This document shows, piece after piece, positions 40,467 to 53,085 of a stretch of DNA of 64,000 bases. Made by a program: the position numbers and the translations under genes. The first letter of the stretch is position 1, and each line of letters begins with the position of its first letter. The notes beneath the pieces are model-generated. The model was not told the DNA's origin and made no database searches. It saw only the letters and a list, made by a program, of their open reading frames with translations. The DNA is from Saccostrea cucullata (lineage: Eukaryota): positions 1-64,000 of the forward strand of contig NW_026939872.1 in NCBI RefSeq assembly GCF_032062105.1, written 5' to 3'.

Positions 40467-40664
40467 ATCTAGGTCAAAGGGGCATAACTCTGTCAAAAAT
40501 GGTGCATTCGTACCCAAAACACATTTATTTGATAAATCTGTGTACAAAAATTCCATTTCAGTATGTACAAAGGTTGTTAAGAAAATAAATAGAAACTAAA
40601 TGGACAGACGGACAGCAGTAAAGCATTATACAATCCCGTCTTCTAAGGGGAGGGGGGGGGGCAA

Positions 40665-40900
40665 AATATATAGTGACCTTTGGTCAACATATTGATGTAC
40701 AGTGTACAATGTAAGTTTACTTCTGGTCAACTAATAATTAACGTTTTAAGTGACTTTTGATCTACCTATTAATGTAAAATTAAAATATAAGGTGACCTCT
40801 AGTCCCTCTAGTGATGTACAGTATAAGTTGACATCTGGTCCCTTTTGTGTTTTATAAAGTGACCTCGGAATCTGCTCCCCCTATTGATGTAAAATATAAA
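40665..40900 (-). repeat. Inverted, decayed copy of the 36-bp minisatellite
   Basis: AATATAAGGTGACCTCTAGTCCCTCTAGTGATGTACAGTATAAG is approximately the reverse complement of the 38447-39230 unit. Confidence 0.7.
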
Positions 40901-41459
40901 TCCAACAACAGACTCATGGAACACATTGCTCACAGAGCATTGTGAATTGCAAAAAAAGCAAAAATACATTTGGAATTAAAGAGCTTTAATGCATAAGTGG
41001 TCATTAACTACCCTGAAAAGGCAAGGGGAGTATGATTTGAACAAAATCAAATCTACAGTAAGAATATTTATCTATATTTTTGAAGGTGACTTTTTCCCTA
41101 CATTGTGGTCCCATCTTATCCATGGGGATCATGATTTGAACAAACTAGACTACTCTAGACTATCTTATAATGATCCCAAATGGATTTCATATTTCCTGAC
41201 CCTTGGTTCTTGAAAAAAAACTCTTTAATTATGCGATTAATTTTTAGCTAATTCATAATTGTCTCCCCTTCATTTCAACAAACTTGAATCTCCTATACCT
41301 AGGGATTCTCTGAGCCAAATATGGCTAAATTTGGCTCCTTAGGTCTAAAAAAGAAAATGGTATTGTTAAAGGTTTATGACAAAGGCAACGCCTACAACAT
41401 GACCCAGCGCCTGTTAGAAACATGCATCTTTATAATGTGGTACCTGTACGAGGTAAGTA

Positions 41460-42455
41460 TCTTACGACTTTTCAACTTTATACACAACCATTCCCCACGA
41501 TAAATTAAATCCAAGCTTTTTGATATCATTGACAGCTGCTTTTTCAATAAAAATGGAACTCGTAAATATACTTACCTGGTCATTGGTCAATTGCAAAAAT
41601 ATTTTATTAAAACACATTCTGATTGCACACACAAGTACTCTGAAGTTGACATCAAAGAGATGCTTGAGTTTCTGATTGACAATATCTATGTAGTTTTGGA
41701 GACCAGGTATTCCAACAATCTACTGGAATTCTAATGGGTACCAATTGCGCTCCGCTATTAGCGGACCTATTTTCTATATTCATATGACGCAGAATATGTG
41801 CAAAATCTAATGCATGAAAAGAAGAAAACACTTGCTGTGGCCTTCAAATCGACATTTAGATATATCGATGACGTATCGTCAATAAACAATGGTCATTTCC
41901 ATTTCTACATCGATACGATATGTCCTGGTGAGCTTGAGATAAAAGATACTACAGCGTCTAACACATCTGTTTCATACTTGGATATTTTACTTGAAAAAGA
42001 CATTAATGGTAATCTAACAACCAAGCTATATGATAAACGTGATGACTTTAACTTTTCTATCGCCAGCTTCCCTTACACATGCAGCAATATACCTTCATCG
42101 ATACCTTGGTCGATACAATGGCCTTGTCAGCAAATATAATTTATCATTGAGACAAATGCTGACTTACGTTTTGCATACTGTACAATTATGGACTTCAGTG
42201 TAAGTCGATATGTGGATATAAAGACTCATGATAATTGAGATTGACCGAAGACACGGAAAGTGATAGCGACCGAGCCTGCTGTCACAATGACGGCGAGCAC
42301 ACGGCAGGTGTGACCGGTCAGCGGGGGATGCTCACTCCTCCATGGTACCTGATCCCACCTCTTATGTTTTGGAGGTCCGTGTTTGCTCTGCTCCTATTTT
42401 GTATTGTATTATAGACTTTGATATTAAATACTCTTCGTTATCTCCATATCTTTCT
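41460..42455 (+). mobile_element. 5'-truncated Penelope-like retroelement (RT core; possibly Naiad/Chlamys-type)
   Basis: YDFSTLYTTIPH, QQSTGILMGTNCAPLLADLFL, FRYIDD and SYLD motifs with stop/frameshift damage, followed by the conserved 3' tail. Confidence 0.8.
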
Positions 42456-42461
42456 TAAATA

Positions 42462-44340
42462 CGTTACCTGTTACAGGTAGGTAGCTTTAAATTTGGTACA
42501 TCTTACAGGTCGGTGTTAAAATAAGACATCTGTAAGAAGTATGAGGGTTAAAGTTCTAGAATTTCATTGTGTAAATATCTGGTACCTGTTACAGGTCGGT
42601 GTACTAATAACTGGTACCTGTTTCAGGTCGGTATGTTATAATCAGACATCTATAAGAGTAAGAAGGGTTAAAAAACTAGCATTTGATTGTGTAATAATCT
42701 GGTACCTCGTACAGGTCGATGAGCTGAAATCTGGTACCTGTTACAACTAAGTATGCTATAATCAAACATCTGTAAGAGGTAGGAAGGTTAAAGTACTAGC
42801 ATTTAATTGTGTAATAATCTGGTACCTGTTACAGGTCGGTGAGCTGAAATCTGCTACCTGTTAAAGGTCGGTGAGCTAATATATCTGGTACCTCTTACAG
42901 GTCGATATGTTATAATCAGACATCTGAAAGAGTTAGAAGGGTTAAAGTACTAAAATTTTATTGTGTAAATATCTGGTACCTGTTACAGGTCGGTGAGCTA
43001 AAATCTGGTACCTGTTACATGTCGGTATGCTATAATCAGACATTTCTAAGAGTTTGGAGGGTTAAAGCAATAGAGTTTTATTGTGTAAATGTCTGGTATC
43101 TCTTACAGGTCGGTGACCTAAAATCTGGTACCTCTTACAAGTCGGTATGCTATTATCAAACATCTGTAAGACGTAGAAGGGTTAAAGTACTAGCATTTGA
43201 TTGTGTTATGATCTGGTACCTCTTACAGGTCGGTGAGCTGAAATCTGGTACCTGTTACAAGTCAGTATCCTATAATTAGACATCTGTAAGAGTAAGAAGG
43301 GTTAAAATATTAAAATTTTATTGTGTAAATATCTGGTACCTGTTACAGGTCGGTGAGCTGAAATCTGGTACCTGTTACAAGTCGGTATGTTATAATCAGA
43401 CATCTGTAAGAGGCAGGAGGTTTTAAGTAGAAACATTTGATTGTGTAGTAATCTGGTACCTCTTCCAGGTCGATGAGCTGAAATCTGGTACCTGTTACAA
43501 GTCGGTATACTATAATTAGACATCTGTAAGAGGCAGGAGGGTTGAAGTACTAGCATTTGATTGTGTAAAAATCTGGTACCTCTTACAGGTCGGTGAGCTA
43601 AAATCTGGTACCTCTTACAAGTCGGTATGCTATTATCAAACATCTGTAAGACGTAGAAGGGTTAAAGTACTAGCATTTGATTGTGTTATAATCTGGTACC
43701 TCTTACAGGTCGGTGAGCTGAAATCTGGTACCTGTTACAAGTCGGTATGCTATAATTAGACATCTGTAAGAGGCAGGACGGTTGAAGTACTAGCATTTGA
43801 TTGTGTAATAATCTGGTACCTCTTACAGGTCGGTGAGCTAAAATCTGGTACCTCTTACAAGTCGGTATGCTATTATCAAACATCTGTAAGACGTAGAAGG
43901 GTTAAAGTACTAGCATTTGATTGTGTTATAATCTGGTACCTCTTACAGGTCGGTGAGCTGAAATCTGGTACCTGTTACAAGTCGGTATGTTATAATCAGA
44001 CATCTGTAAGAGGCAGGAGGTTTTAAGTACAAACATTTGATTGTGTAAAAATCTGGTACCTCTTTCAGGTCGTTGAGCTGAAGTCTGGTACCTGTTACAA
44101 GTGGATATGCTATAATTAGACATCTGTAAGAGGCAGGAGGGTTGAAGTACTAGTATTTGATCGTGTAATAATCTGGTACCTCTTACAGGTCGGTGAGCTG
44201 AAATCTGGTACCTGTTACGAGTCGGTATGCTATTATCAGAAATCTGTAAGAGGCAGAAGGTTTAAGTACTAGAATTTAATTGCATAAATATCTGGTACCT
44301 GTTACAGGTCGGTGAGCTGAAATGTAGTACCTGTAAAAGA
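42462..44340 (-). repeat. 120-bp tandem array in the right foldback arm
   Basis: Reverse complement of the 36490-38420 array. Confidence 0.95.
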
Positions 44341-46659
44341 TCGGTTCGGTTTATTCATGTATATGTATCTGCGAGGCACAATGTTTTATTTAATTGAATC
44401 AAGAATGGTTAAATATCTGGTACTTGATTAGGGTAGCTTAAGTGCAATTCCATACCCTTTAGCAGTACCTAATTGATGTATGAAGGTTCCTTTCTGAATT
44501 ATACCTTTTACATATACACACGCAGTCCTTATAACAGGTAGTTGGCTTTTTACGCCGGTATCTGTTGTAGAGATAGAAATTATCAGATCCTGATTCATAT
44601 TACTACTACCAAGGCAGCTTCATAACCTAATGCTTATCATATTTAATAAATGAACCAACTTGAAGATTTTACAGGTAACTTCATATTCTGATATCTCATA
44701 CAGGTAAGTTAGTGCCAGTAAGAATTAGGGTGATTCCTTATTGTATGTCACACCTGTCTATCCGTTTCTGTCTGTTTTCTTCATGCATAGGCGTCGGAAC
44801 CAGGGGGTTGAGGGGAGGCTTAGCCCCCTCCCCCACACTTTTTTGCAAATATATACTAAATATAGGCATGCATTGAAAATTGGAGTTTACCTTTTTTGTT
44901 GGTTCAGCCTACCCCCCCCCCTTTCAATTAGCCCCCCTTTCAATTTGCTTCCGAGGCCTATATCATGTTTAGGATCACATTCATACGTATGCTTTCTTTT
45001 TTTTTATTCTTGAGGTCTTTTTCTTTTTATTTCAGTTGCAGGCAAGAAAAGTTCATTGCCAAGCCATGCCTTAGAGAAATGTTCTCATTTATTGACACAT
45101 TTTGATGACGCCCTATATTTGATAATAGTCGGAAGAAACATTTCAATATACATGTACATCTATCATTCATCCAGCTACTTCGCGAAAAACTTTGATATGA
45201 CACACGAATTAAATCAATATCTTTCGCTCTGTGTTCCGTAATTTTTTCGCTGCATTTACACATAGCTTTAAATAAAACAATTTCAAACTGTTCTGGCTCA
45301 TTGTATTGATCTCGAGATGTGGAATAAATTGACATTTTCCTCGAAAATATTTTGTGTGCGATAATGATACTTTTTAAAAATGCCAAATAGAAAATAAAAT
45401 GATTTCAAGTGCTTATAGGAATTAAATACTGAAAATTGTTAAAACAGTTCGAATAAAAAGTTTATGTTTGAAAAAATATCTAATTGTAGATGATTAATTG
45501 AAATATATATCATATGCCGTTAAAGTATTGCTGTGAACGTTTTTGTTTAATTATGCCATTTATGCCTACTTCAAACCAATATATGCAAAAAATTTTAAAT
45601 CGACATATAAAAGACGCATTCCGTTCATTAAATTCCTCGTCTTGCATTGACTGGGTTTATCTGTGTGTGTGAGTGGGGGGGGGGGGAGTGGGGGTGGTAT
45701 CTGTAAGTCTGGTAATCGCGCGCCTCTCCCAATTTATTCAGGATGTAATCTCTAAGCAGGGCAAATATGTACTTATAAAAATAAATTATTTATAGTACTT
45801 AAAGTCAATTTCTTTCTAATTTTTTTAATTAATTTTTTTGGAGGATGGTCTGTAAAACACCTTTGTTTTCTATTGAAGATAATTAAAATTGTTATGTCGA
45901 CCCCGCCCCCCCCCCCCCAACACCCACACCCTCCCTCACACACACTGAGTTTCTTTCCGTTTTACATATTTACATAAGCATGAACCAAACGAAGAACGAA
46001 TTAATATGGTTTCATTATACGTCACAGTAATGCGAGATAACTCGTGTACACTTATGGAAAGATAACTCCCGCCACCTTCCAGGCGGTACCAAATAGCCTC
46101 GACCTTTTACAAAAGGACTTACATTGTACGACTTAAGACCAAATTCAATTCTTCGTATAACTTTTTATTAACTTTATATCGAAAATTAATTTTAATTTTG
46201 TTAAAAGAATATGGTAAGATATATTTACAGAAACAATTTTAAAGAGAATGATTAATTTTGCAAAATTTTACAATCATCTAAAAATTTTTGGTTTTACTCG
46301 TAAGTTCTTTTGTAAAACGGACCCCTGATACCTATATTACAAAACATCTGCCTTACATTCGATATTTGACTTGTGAAGATTTGGAAAACAAAATTTCAAC
46401 ATATATACAGCAAGTTCAGAATTTGTGACATTTAAGATCCGCTCAGGTTTTTTGAGATTTCTCTGAAAGTACATGCTTCAGAATGGCAAAGAAAAGATTC
46501 CATATGTACTTATTGTAAAATTTAGAGTATCTGTATTTTCAGGTAAATAAAGAGCAGAGTCTTTCAACTGGTTCCCAAACGCAGAAAAAAGTCATATCAC
46601 AGGATCAAGAAAGAAAAATCGTGACAGAAGAAAAACTTATGCAACAACAATAATGTTTA

Positions 46660-46810
46660 CTTTGGTCGGTACTATGACTCAAGCTAGACTAAATAACCTG
46701 ATGATTCTTCACGTATATCAAAAAGAATCGGAGAATCTAAATCTAGGGGATGTAACAAATGAATTGTTGGTGAAAGTGAACACAGATTGTTCGTTTTTGG
46801 AAAGTTCCAA
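46660..46810 (+). mobile_element. hAT transposase C-terminal dimerisation-domain relic
   Basis: TMTQARLNNLMILHV resembles the hAT/ZMYM1-like STMxQxRLNxLxxLHI motif. Confidence 0.6.
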
Positions 46811-47429
46811 TGAAACAAAGGACTTAAAATTGTTCCATTTTGATTATCCAATTCCTGCAGCTTACTCAATTTTTTTTTTCTTTAGTTGTTTAATATCCCT
46901 CTAGATTATAGGTACCCCTGGTAATAAATTACTCTCCAGTCATTTGTGTTGTTATTCGGATGCAGCCAAGGAGTGAAGACGATTGATGGTGTTCTGAAGA
47001 CTGTAGCAAATAAAGTTTGCGGTTATATTTTCCTCGCCTGTATTTACAATTTGAGAGGGAACTTAGAAGACCAATTGAAGTTTGCCATTTTTAAACTGAA
47101 TATCTGAAATCCAGGATATCCTGAAGTACCTGGTATTTTCTCGTTCGAGATAATGAGCTTGGACTGTATATACCTGTCATTAATGATCTCAGCTTCATTT
47201 AATTTTTTTCGGGGGGTGGGGGGGTGGGGTGGTTCAATTGTTTATAGTTATTGTGAAAATTCTGTGTAACTTCGTGCATCTTTAACAGAATATTTAGTAC
47301 GTGCTCCTTTGATCAAAAAGTATGTTATGTAGTAACTGATGCTAAATACTTCATTTTCTATATGATTCTTATTGCAGATCCATCAGTTAAAGACATGATA
47401 ACCAAAAGCTTGTAGAACAATGAAGTATG

Positions 47430-48088
47430 TGTAACCGAGCAGTAAGGCAGATGTTATGTTTTCATAATTTATTCAGTAAATAAAGGCATTGATCTAAACT
47501 AAACAAAGTACATAATAAGTCAAAATTACAAAAATTAAGAAAAGGAAATAACATATGAGATAATTTACCTACAGTATACGTTTAAGAAAAATGAACTCTA
47601 TGAAAAAAATGTGTTCTGTAAACAATTCAAATTGAAATCTTACAGACTCATTATAATTTCAATTACAACACTGAATGCAAAAATACAATAAAGTAAAATG
47701 TTGCAATCAAAATAATAATGTAAATCAAATCTTTATATGGCAATGAAACACATAATTAAATGTACAAGTTACATACCATAAGATGCGTATGATGGACACT
47801 GTATTTAAAATATACTTCTTTCTGGAAAACGTATACTGCTCTGATATACAAAGTAAAGCGCGGTAAATTTATAATTATAATGAAAATGTATTATTGGATG
47901 AAAAAATAGGAAATAACCAATCAAATGAAAGAGCCAATGAAATCATAGAATAAAACTTTACTCAGACAACTCAGGTGCGCAATAGAACTTTTGGTTAATC
48001 AAATTTTAAGATTATATTTCTCAAAACGATATGAAAAAATAAATAAAAACGAATAAATACATATAGAAATATATTTCATAATATCACA
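47430..48088 (-). repeat. 3' LTR (659 bp)
   Basis: Direct repeat of 53086-53750. Confidence 0.95.
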
Positions 48089-48289
48089 TACTCCCATGGA
48101 AAATTGTTAATCTGTCCTCAGATTATAATAATATCATATTCACATAATAATAAATACATATAGATATAACCACGAATCAATGAATTCTTCCATTTCACAG
48201 AACAAGAAATAACTTTCTTATCACACATATTCACAACCACAATCACTGACGAATTGGCTTCAACCCCTGTCTGTTCACGTTTCTGGTCT

Positions 48290-51200
48290 TAGAATCGTCG
48301 TTTTCCAAACGCACACAGTAAACGGATGGAAACGGTTTTCCAACAATGATGAACACTTCTGGTCTCCACTTGTCTTGTATCTTATCGCGTCCTTTGATCC
48401 CTCTGTTTCTTACGTATACACGGTCACCGATCTGTAACTCATCATTCGCTTTTCCTGCATCGTGTCTCTGTTTCCGGTCATTTTCGTTACGCTGAATCTC
48501 TGCCTTTGCTCTGTTGTACGCGAATTGTAACTTTTCCGAATGAAAATCAATCCACCGGTCCAGACTGACGTCGTCGGTTGGAGGATTAGTGTTCCGTTCT
48601 TATAGGAAATCTATCGGCAGGTATGGGTCGCGTCCGTACATCAGGTAATAGGGTGAATATCCGGTTGACGAATGAGGTGTCACGTTGTACGAAAACACGA
48701 GCTCCTTGATGTATTCCGGCCACTTCCGCTTCCTCGCTGGGGGTAGAGATCGAAGTAAATCATGTAGCGTTCTGTTGAAGCGCTCGCACTGTCCGTTTCC
48801 TTTAGGGTGGTACGCTGTCGTTCTTGTCCTTTTAATGCGATAAAGAGTACACAGCTGCTGAATAGTCTCCGCTTCAAAACACTTTCCTTGGTCTGAATGT
48901 ATACGTTTGCATACTCCAAACTTAAAGAAAAACTCGTTAACTTACACTCTGGCTACCGTTTGGGCTGTCTGATCTCGTGTCGGAACGGCTGTAGTCCACT
49001 TAGAGAAAACATCTGTGATCACTAACACATTCTCAAATCCTTGCGCTTTTTCCAACACAGAAAAATCTATCGCTAAACACTCCAGTGGTTCGGATGCTGT
49101 GAGGTGTCCCATATTGGTATGCACTTTGGGTGGTGGAATCTTGGATATTGCACAACGGTCACACTTTTTACAGAAGTTTTTAATATCCAGAAACATTTTT
49201 GGCCAATAACACCGCTGTCGAATCATATTGAATGTTCTTTCTATACCTTGATGACCATTCTAATCATGGAGACACTCTAACACTAAGTCCTTCAAACACT
49301 CCGGAAGTAGAATCTGCGTGAGCTCTCCTAATTTTGGATCTTTAATCTTCCTGAGAATAACACCATCAGAAATACATAAGGACTTTAACTGCCTAAACAA
49401 AACTTGCACTTTCTTGTTCTGTTTCCTCGAAAAACTTGGTTTAGGAACAGTATTTGTCTCCAGGAAATTCGTACACTTTGAAATCACTGCGTCTTTTCTT
49501 TGTAATTCACTGATTTCATCCTTTGAATATCCAGGAAATGTTTCTGCATGAGTGACAGTAGCTGATTCAATGAATAACACTGAGGAATGCGCAGTTTTAA
49601 CATCCAAAGGAACAATAGATCCATGAATGCATTCACTAGAAACATCAGCACTTTTTATGGGAAGTCTTGACAATGCATCTGCGTTAGTATTCTGTTTCCC
49701 CGTCGGTACTTTATTTCGAAATCAAAATCTGCTAGTTGTGAAGCCCATTTCTGTTCATAAGCACCAAGTTTAGCTGACGAAAGGTATTGCAACGGGTTGT
49801 TGTCTGTAAGTACCACAAACTTGTTTCCTAGTAGATAGTCTCTGAATTTCTCCGTCACACTCCACTTAAGTGCTAAAAGTTCAAGCCTCAGGCTACTCAT
49901 GGTCTTTGCGGAACGTTCAATAGGTCAAAGAGTTCTGCTGGCGTATAAAATATTCACAATACGTCCATTATGCACTTGAGAAATAACGGCTCCTAGTCCA
50001 TGTGCACTTGCATCAGTTTCAACAATGAATGGTAATGTGAAGTCAGCGTATCCAAGTAAAGGAGCACTAGATAACTGTGTTTTCTGTTTTCAGCTGTTCA
50101 AGCGAATCCTGACAACTTTTAGTCCACTTATCACCAAATTTTGTTTTTGGATGTTTCATATTAAGTTTGGCAATTTCAAGTAATGGTTCCGCAATCTGTG
50201 AGAAATGTCGGATAAAACGGCGATAATAGCCCGCAAATCCAAAGAATGATTTTACTTCTTTCACATTTTCAGGTGTTTTCCAATCAACAATGCATTTGAT
50301 CTTCTCACTATCAGTACTGATGCCGTCTTTTCTCACAATATGTCCCAGATATTGCACAGATGGTTTAGAAAAATTACCCTTCCGCATCTTCAGTTTAAGG
50401 CCATGTTGACGAGAATAGAAAACACTTTGTCAAACGTTCAATATGTTCACTTAAAGACTTTGAATATACAATGATGTCGTCTAGGAAAACTAACATTATG
50501 TTGAATACTTCTTCCCGGAAACAGTGCTGCATTCAACGCTGGAACGTAGCTGGTGCGTTGGTAAGTCCGAAGGGCATGCGCATAAATTCATAAAGTCCGA
50601 AAGGTGTTGTGAATGCTGTTTTCTCTATATCCTTTTCTGCTACTGCTATTTGGTTGTAACCGGAAGTTAAATCCATGGTAGAAAACATAACAGAACCGTG
50701 TAACACATCAAAAGTTTGTTCAACCCTGGGTCACAGAAATTTGTCTTTGATCGTCTTCTCGTTAAGCTTGCGATAGTCCACACAAAGTCGTAAAGTATTG
50801 TCTTTCTTACGAACAAGTACAATAGGTGAAGCAAAAGGGCTGGTACTCTACCTGATCATACCGTTATCCAATAACTTTCTAATGTGCTGTTTCACTTCCT
50901 CAAACTGAGATGGTGGTATACGGCGGTACTGTTGAGAAACCGGTTTATCATCAGTGAGACGAATGCGATGTTGAACAGTATCTGTACTTCCGATGTCGTC
51001 ATCATTCTTGGAGAAAATGTCACTTATATTTCTGGAAAAGTGAAGTTATTAACGTCTTTTCGTCTTTGCTACAGTCGAGATGGTAAATGTCCTCAGGTAA
51101 CGTGAATTTATCATCAAGGGTCGTGATCTCTGAGACGTCACAACTCTGAATAAATATTTTCTCAACACTGCCGACTCTATTAAATCCAATATTTGATCTA

Positions 51201-51919
51201 TTGGGATCAACTTCACATCTAGACACAGTTCCTATTCTTGTACGTGGTTTAACTGAAATATCCTCATCTCTAATATTGGCTACACGAACCCATAATTTAC
51301 CACTGTTGATGGTAACACACGTATCCACGGTCCGGAAATTCCTGTGTAGATGTGATCCATTAATCAAAGGATTAACAATGATATCACTGTCAATATGTGG
51401 TCAAGTGCACTCTATAACAATGGCAGTATTTGCTGGTGTACGAATAGGAATTGACCCGCTCACTCGTGCAAATCCAATAACAATCCTGCGATCGAACACG
51501 TTGCTTTCAGTTAAAACTTCCTGTAAATGTGCACTTGTTGGAATGTTACAAGTAGATAAGATATCCTTGCAAACACTGAGAATATTCATACCGATGAGAC
51601 CTGGTAGAGCTTCTTTACGCTTTCTCGTTTCACTATCTACGGAGTCTTTCACTATAAGAAAACCACGTTGAGGAATAGTTTTTCCTAGGTACTGGATATC
51701 AAGTTCTATATATCCTACATATGGGATGGTTAGTTCATTCGCAGCTTTAAGTCGAATTAGATTGTCTTCTATGATGGTTGTTCCTAATGGCTGAATAAAC
51801 TGTTTGTAAAAGCTTTCTGTCAGTGTTGAAACCATTGAACCTGTGTCGACTAAGCAGGGGATTTTCACATTAAACACAGTAATATCCATCACAGGACACT
51901 TCCCTATAAAGCGTTGCAT
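48290..51919 (-). pseudogene. pol: Gypsy pol (protease, RT, RNase H, integrase), disrupted
   Basis: LVDTGS; [20 protein letters not shown]; ETDAS, LTDNNPL; GHQG..CKKCDRC, IDF, HSDQG. Many stops and frameshifts. Confidence 0.9.
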
Positions 51920-51988
51920 AAACGATGAGTCCTGTTGACCGTCATCTATTGTCGGACTCGTGTCAATAGATGTGACTTGTTTTCCGAA

Positions 51989-52905
51989 TCATTCACTTTT
52001 ACTCGACAAAATCTCTGTATATGGCCCAGTTTCCACACTTGTAACACTTCGGACGGTTGCTGTAACGCGTTCCGTAGAATGTTCACTGCCTTCGCGATCT
52101 TTCATCAGGCTGGTTAGTGAGTCGATCTGCTTTTGTTGTGCTTGGATGATTTTCAATAGTTGATCCGTTGTAGACGATTCTGGTGTTGGGACATTTAAAT
52201 TTGGCTGATCGCTGATCTTCTCGAGCGGTTTACTGTCTGGAAGCTTTGACTGCGTGTTTGAATGGTGTTGCGTTGTTTCTTCTTCACTGAATAGAATAAT
52301 TTCATCTCGAAGTGTGTAGAAATCAACGGGTCCGTATTTGCTTCTAACGAGTCGTTTCGCTTCCTTGCGTATGAATGGATCACACAAGCCGTTAGCGAAT
52401 CGTTCACACAAGGTGTGCTCTTTCTCTGGAAAAACACTGCTGTCTTTCTTAATCACTTTCTGAAATAGATCCAAAAGCACATAAGAATATTCACGAATTT
52501 TTTCACTTTCTTTCTGGTGTCGCTCAAAGAAATGTGTTGTAACGTAATAACACTTTCCTGATTTCCGAATGCCGCCCGTAGACAATCCAATAGTGCATAG
52601 GGGTCATGACGAATATCTTCTCTGTATTTCACTTCGTCCTTGGCCTGGCCTTCCAAATGCGTAAATATAAGATCGACTTTCTGCGCATCGGTCCTTTCAC
52701 GAGCTGCAAACGCTACTTCTAGATCGCCAATCCAGTCATCAATTGACAAATCATTTTCAGTTTTAGGTCGACCAGAAAATGTTTTAATCTTGCGACTTTC
52801 CGGAATAAATGTTTGTTTTTCAACAACTTTTGGCTTGGAAAGTTTTTCTTCTAAAAGTTCTTGTTCCAATTCATGGATACGGTTTTGAAGATCTCTTTTA
52901 TTCAT
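51989..52905 (-). pseudogene. gag: Gypsy gag, frameshifted
   Basis: ORFs 52453-52905 and 51989-52585 join near 52530 (FSG..IDDW..HLEGQAKDEV; FFERHQKESEKIREY; ERFANGL). Confidence 0.8.
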
Positions 52906-53070
52906 TTTCAGAGTTCAGATTCTAAGTTCACGATTAACATTTACCGTTCCTATGAAAACAGTTCACAATACAAATCCCAGGTAAATCGAACACTCTGTCG
53001 ATGAGTAGAAATCACCATAAACACGCATAAGTGGAATATAAGTTCCCTAATCAATGCCTTGGTGTTGTTT

Positions 53071-53082
53071 CTCGCAGCGCCA
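53071..53082 (-). promoter_or_regulatory. Primer-binding site, tRNA-Ser-like
   Basis: TGGCGCTGCGAG lies 3 nt inside the 5' LTR boundary and is complementary to a tRNA 3' end ...CUCGCAGCGCCA. Confidence 0.7.
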
Positions 53083-53085
53083 TGA

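Larger units (their letters stand above)
34721..46104. mobile_element. Giant foldback (FB/MULE-like) non-autonomous transposon, 11.4 kb
   Basis: Ends GGTCGAGGCT.../...AGCCTCGACC. Inverted arms at ~34721-38400 and ~42500-46104. Exact 9-bp TSD TTTTACAAA at 34712-34720 and 46105-46113. Confidence 0.92.
34705..46324. mobile_element. PIF/Harbinger-like MITE (~227 bp; 34705-34720 plus 46114-46324) split by the foldback element
   Basis: Rejoined left TIR GGGCCCGTTTTACAAAAGGACTTAC matches the right TIR (reverse complement GGGTCCGTTTTACAAAAGAACTTAC). CTG TSD at 34702-34704 and 46325-46327. Confidence 0.8.

Noticed and set aside
35424-45386. Paired ORFs such as 35589-36083/44741-45013 and the ORFs within the 120-bp and 36-bp arrays
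   Set aside because: These are by-products of inverted and tandem repeats; the mirrored copies have different stops and frameshifts.
34721-46104. Assembly-generated inverted duplication, or a Polinton/Maverick
   Set aside because: The arms differ by SNPs and unit order, and there is an exact 9-bp TSD inside a reconstructable MITE. There are no polB, integrase or capsid ORFs and no 6-bp TSD.
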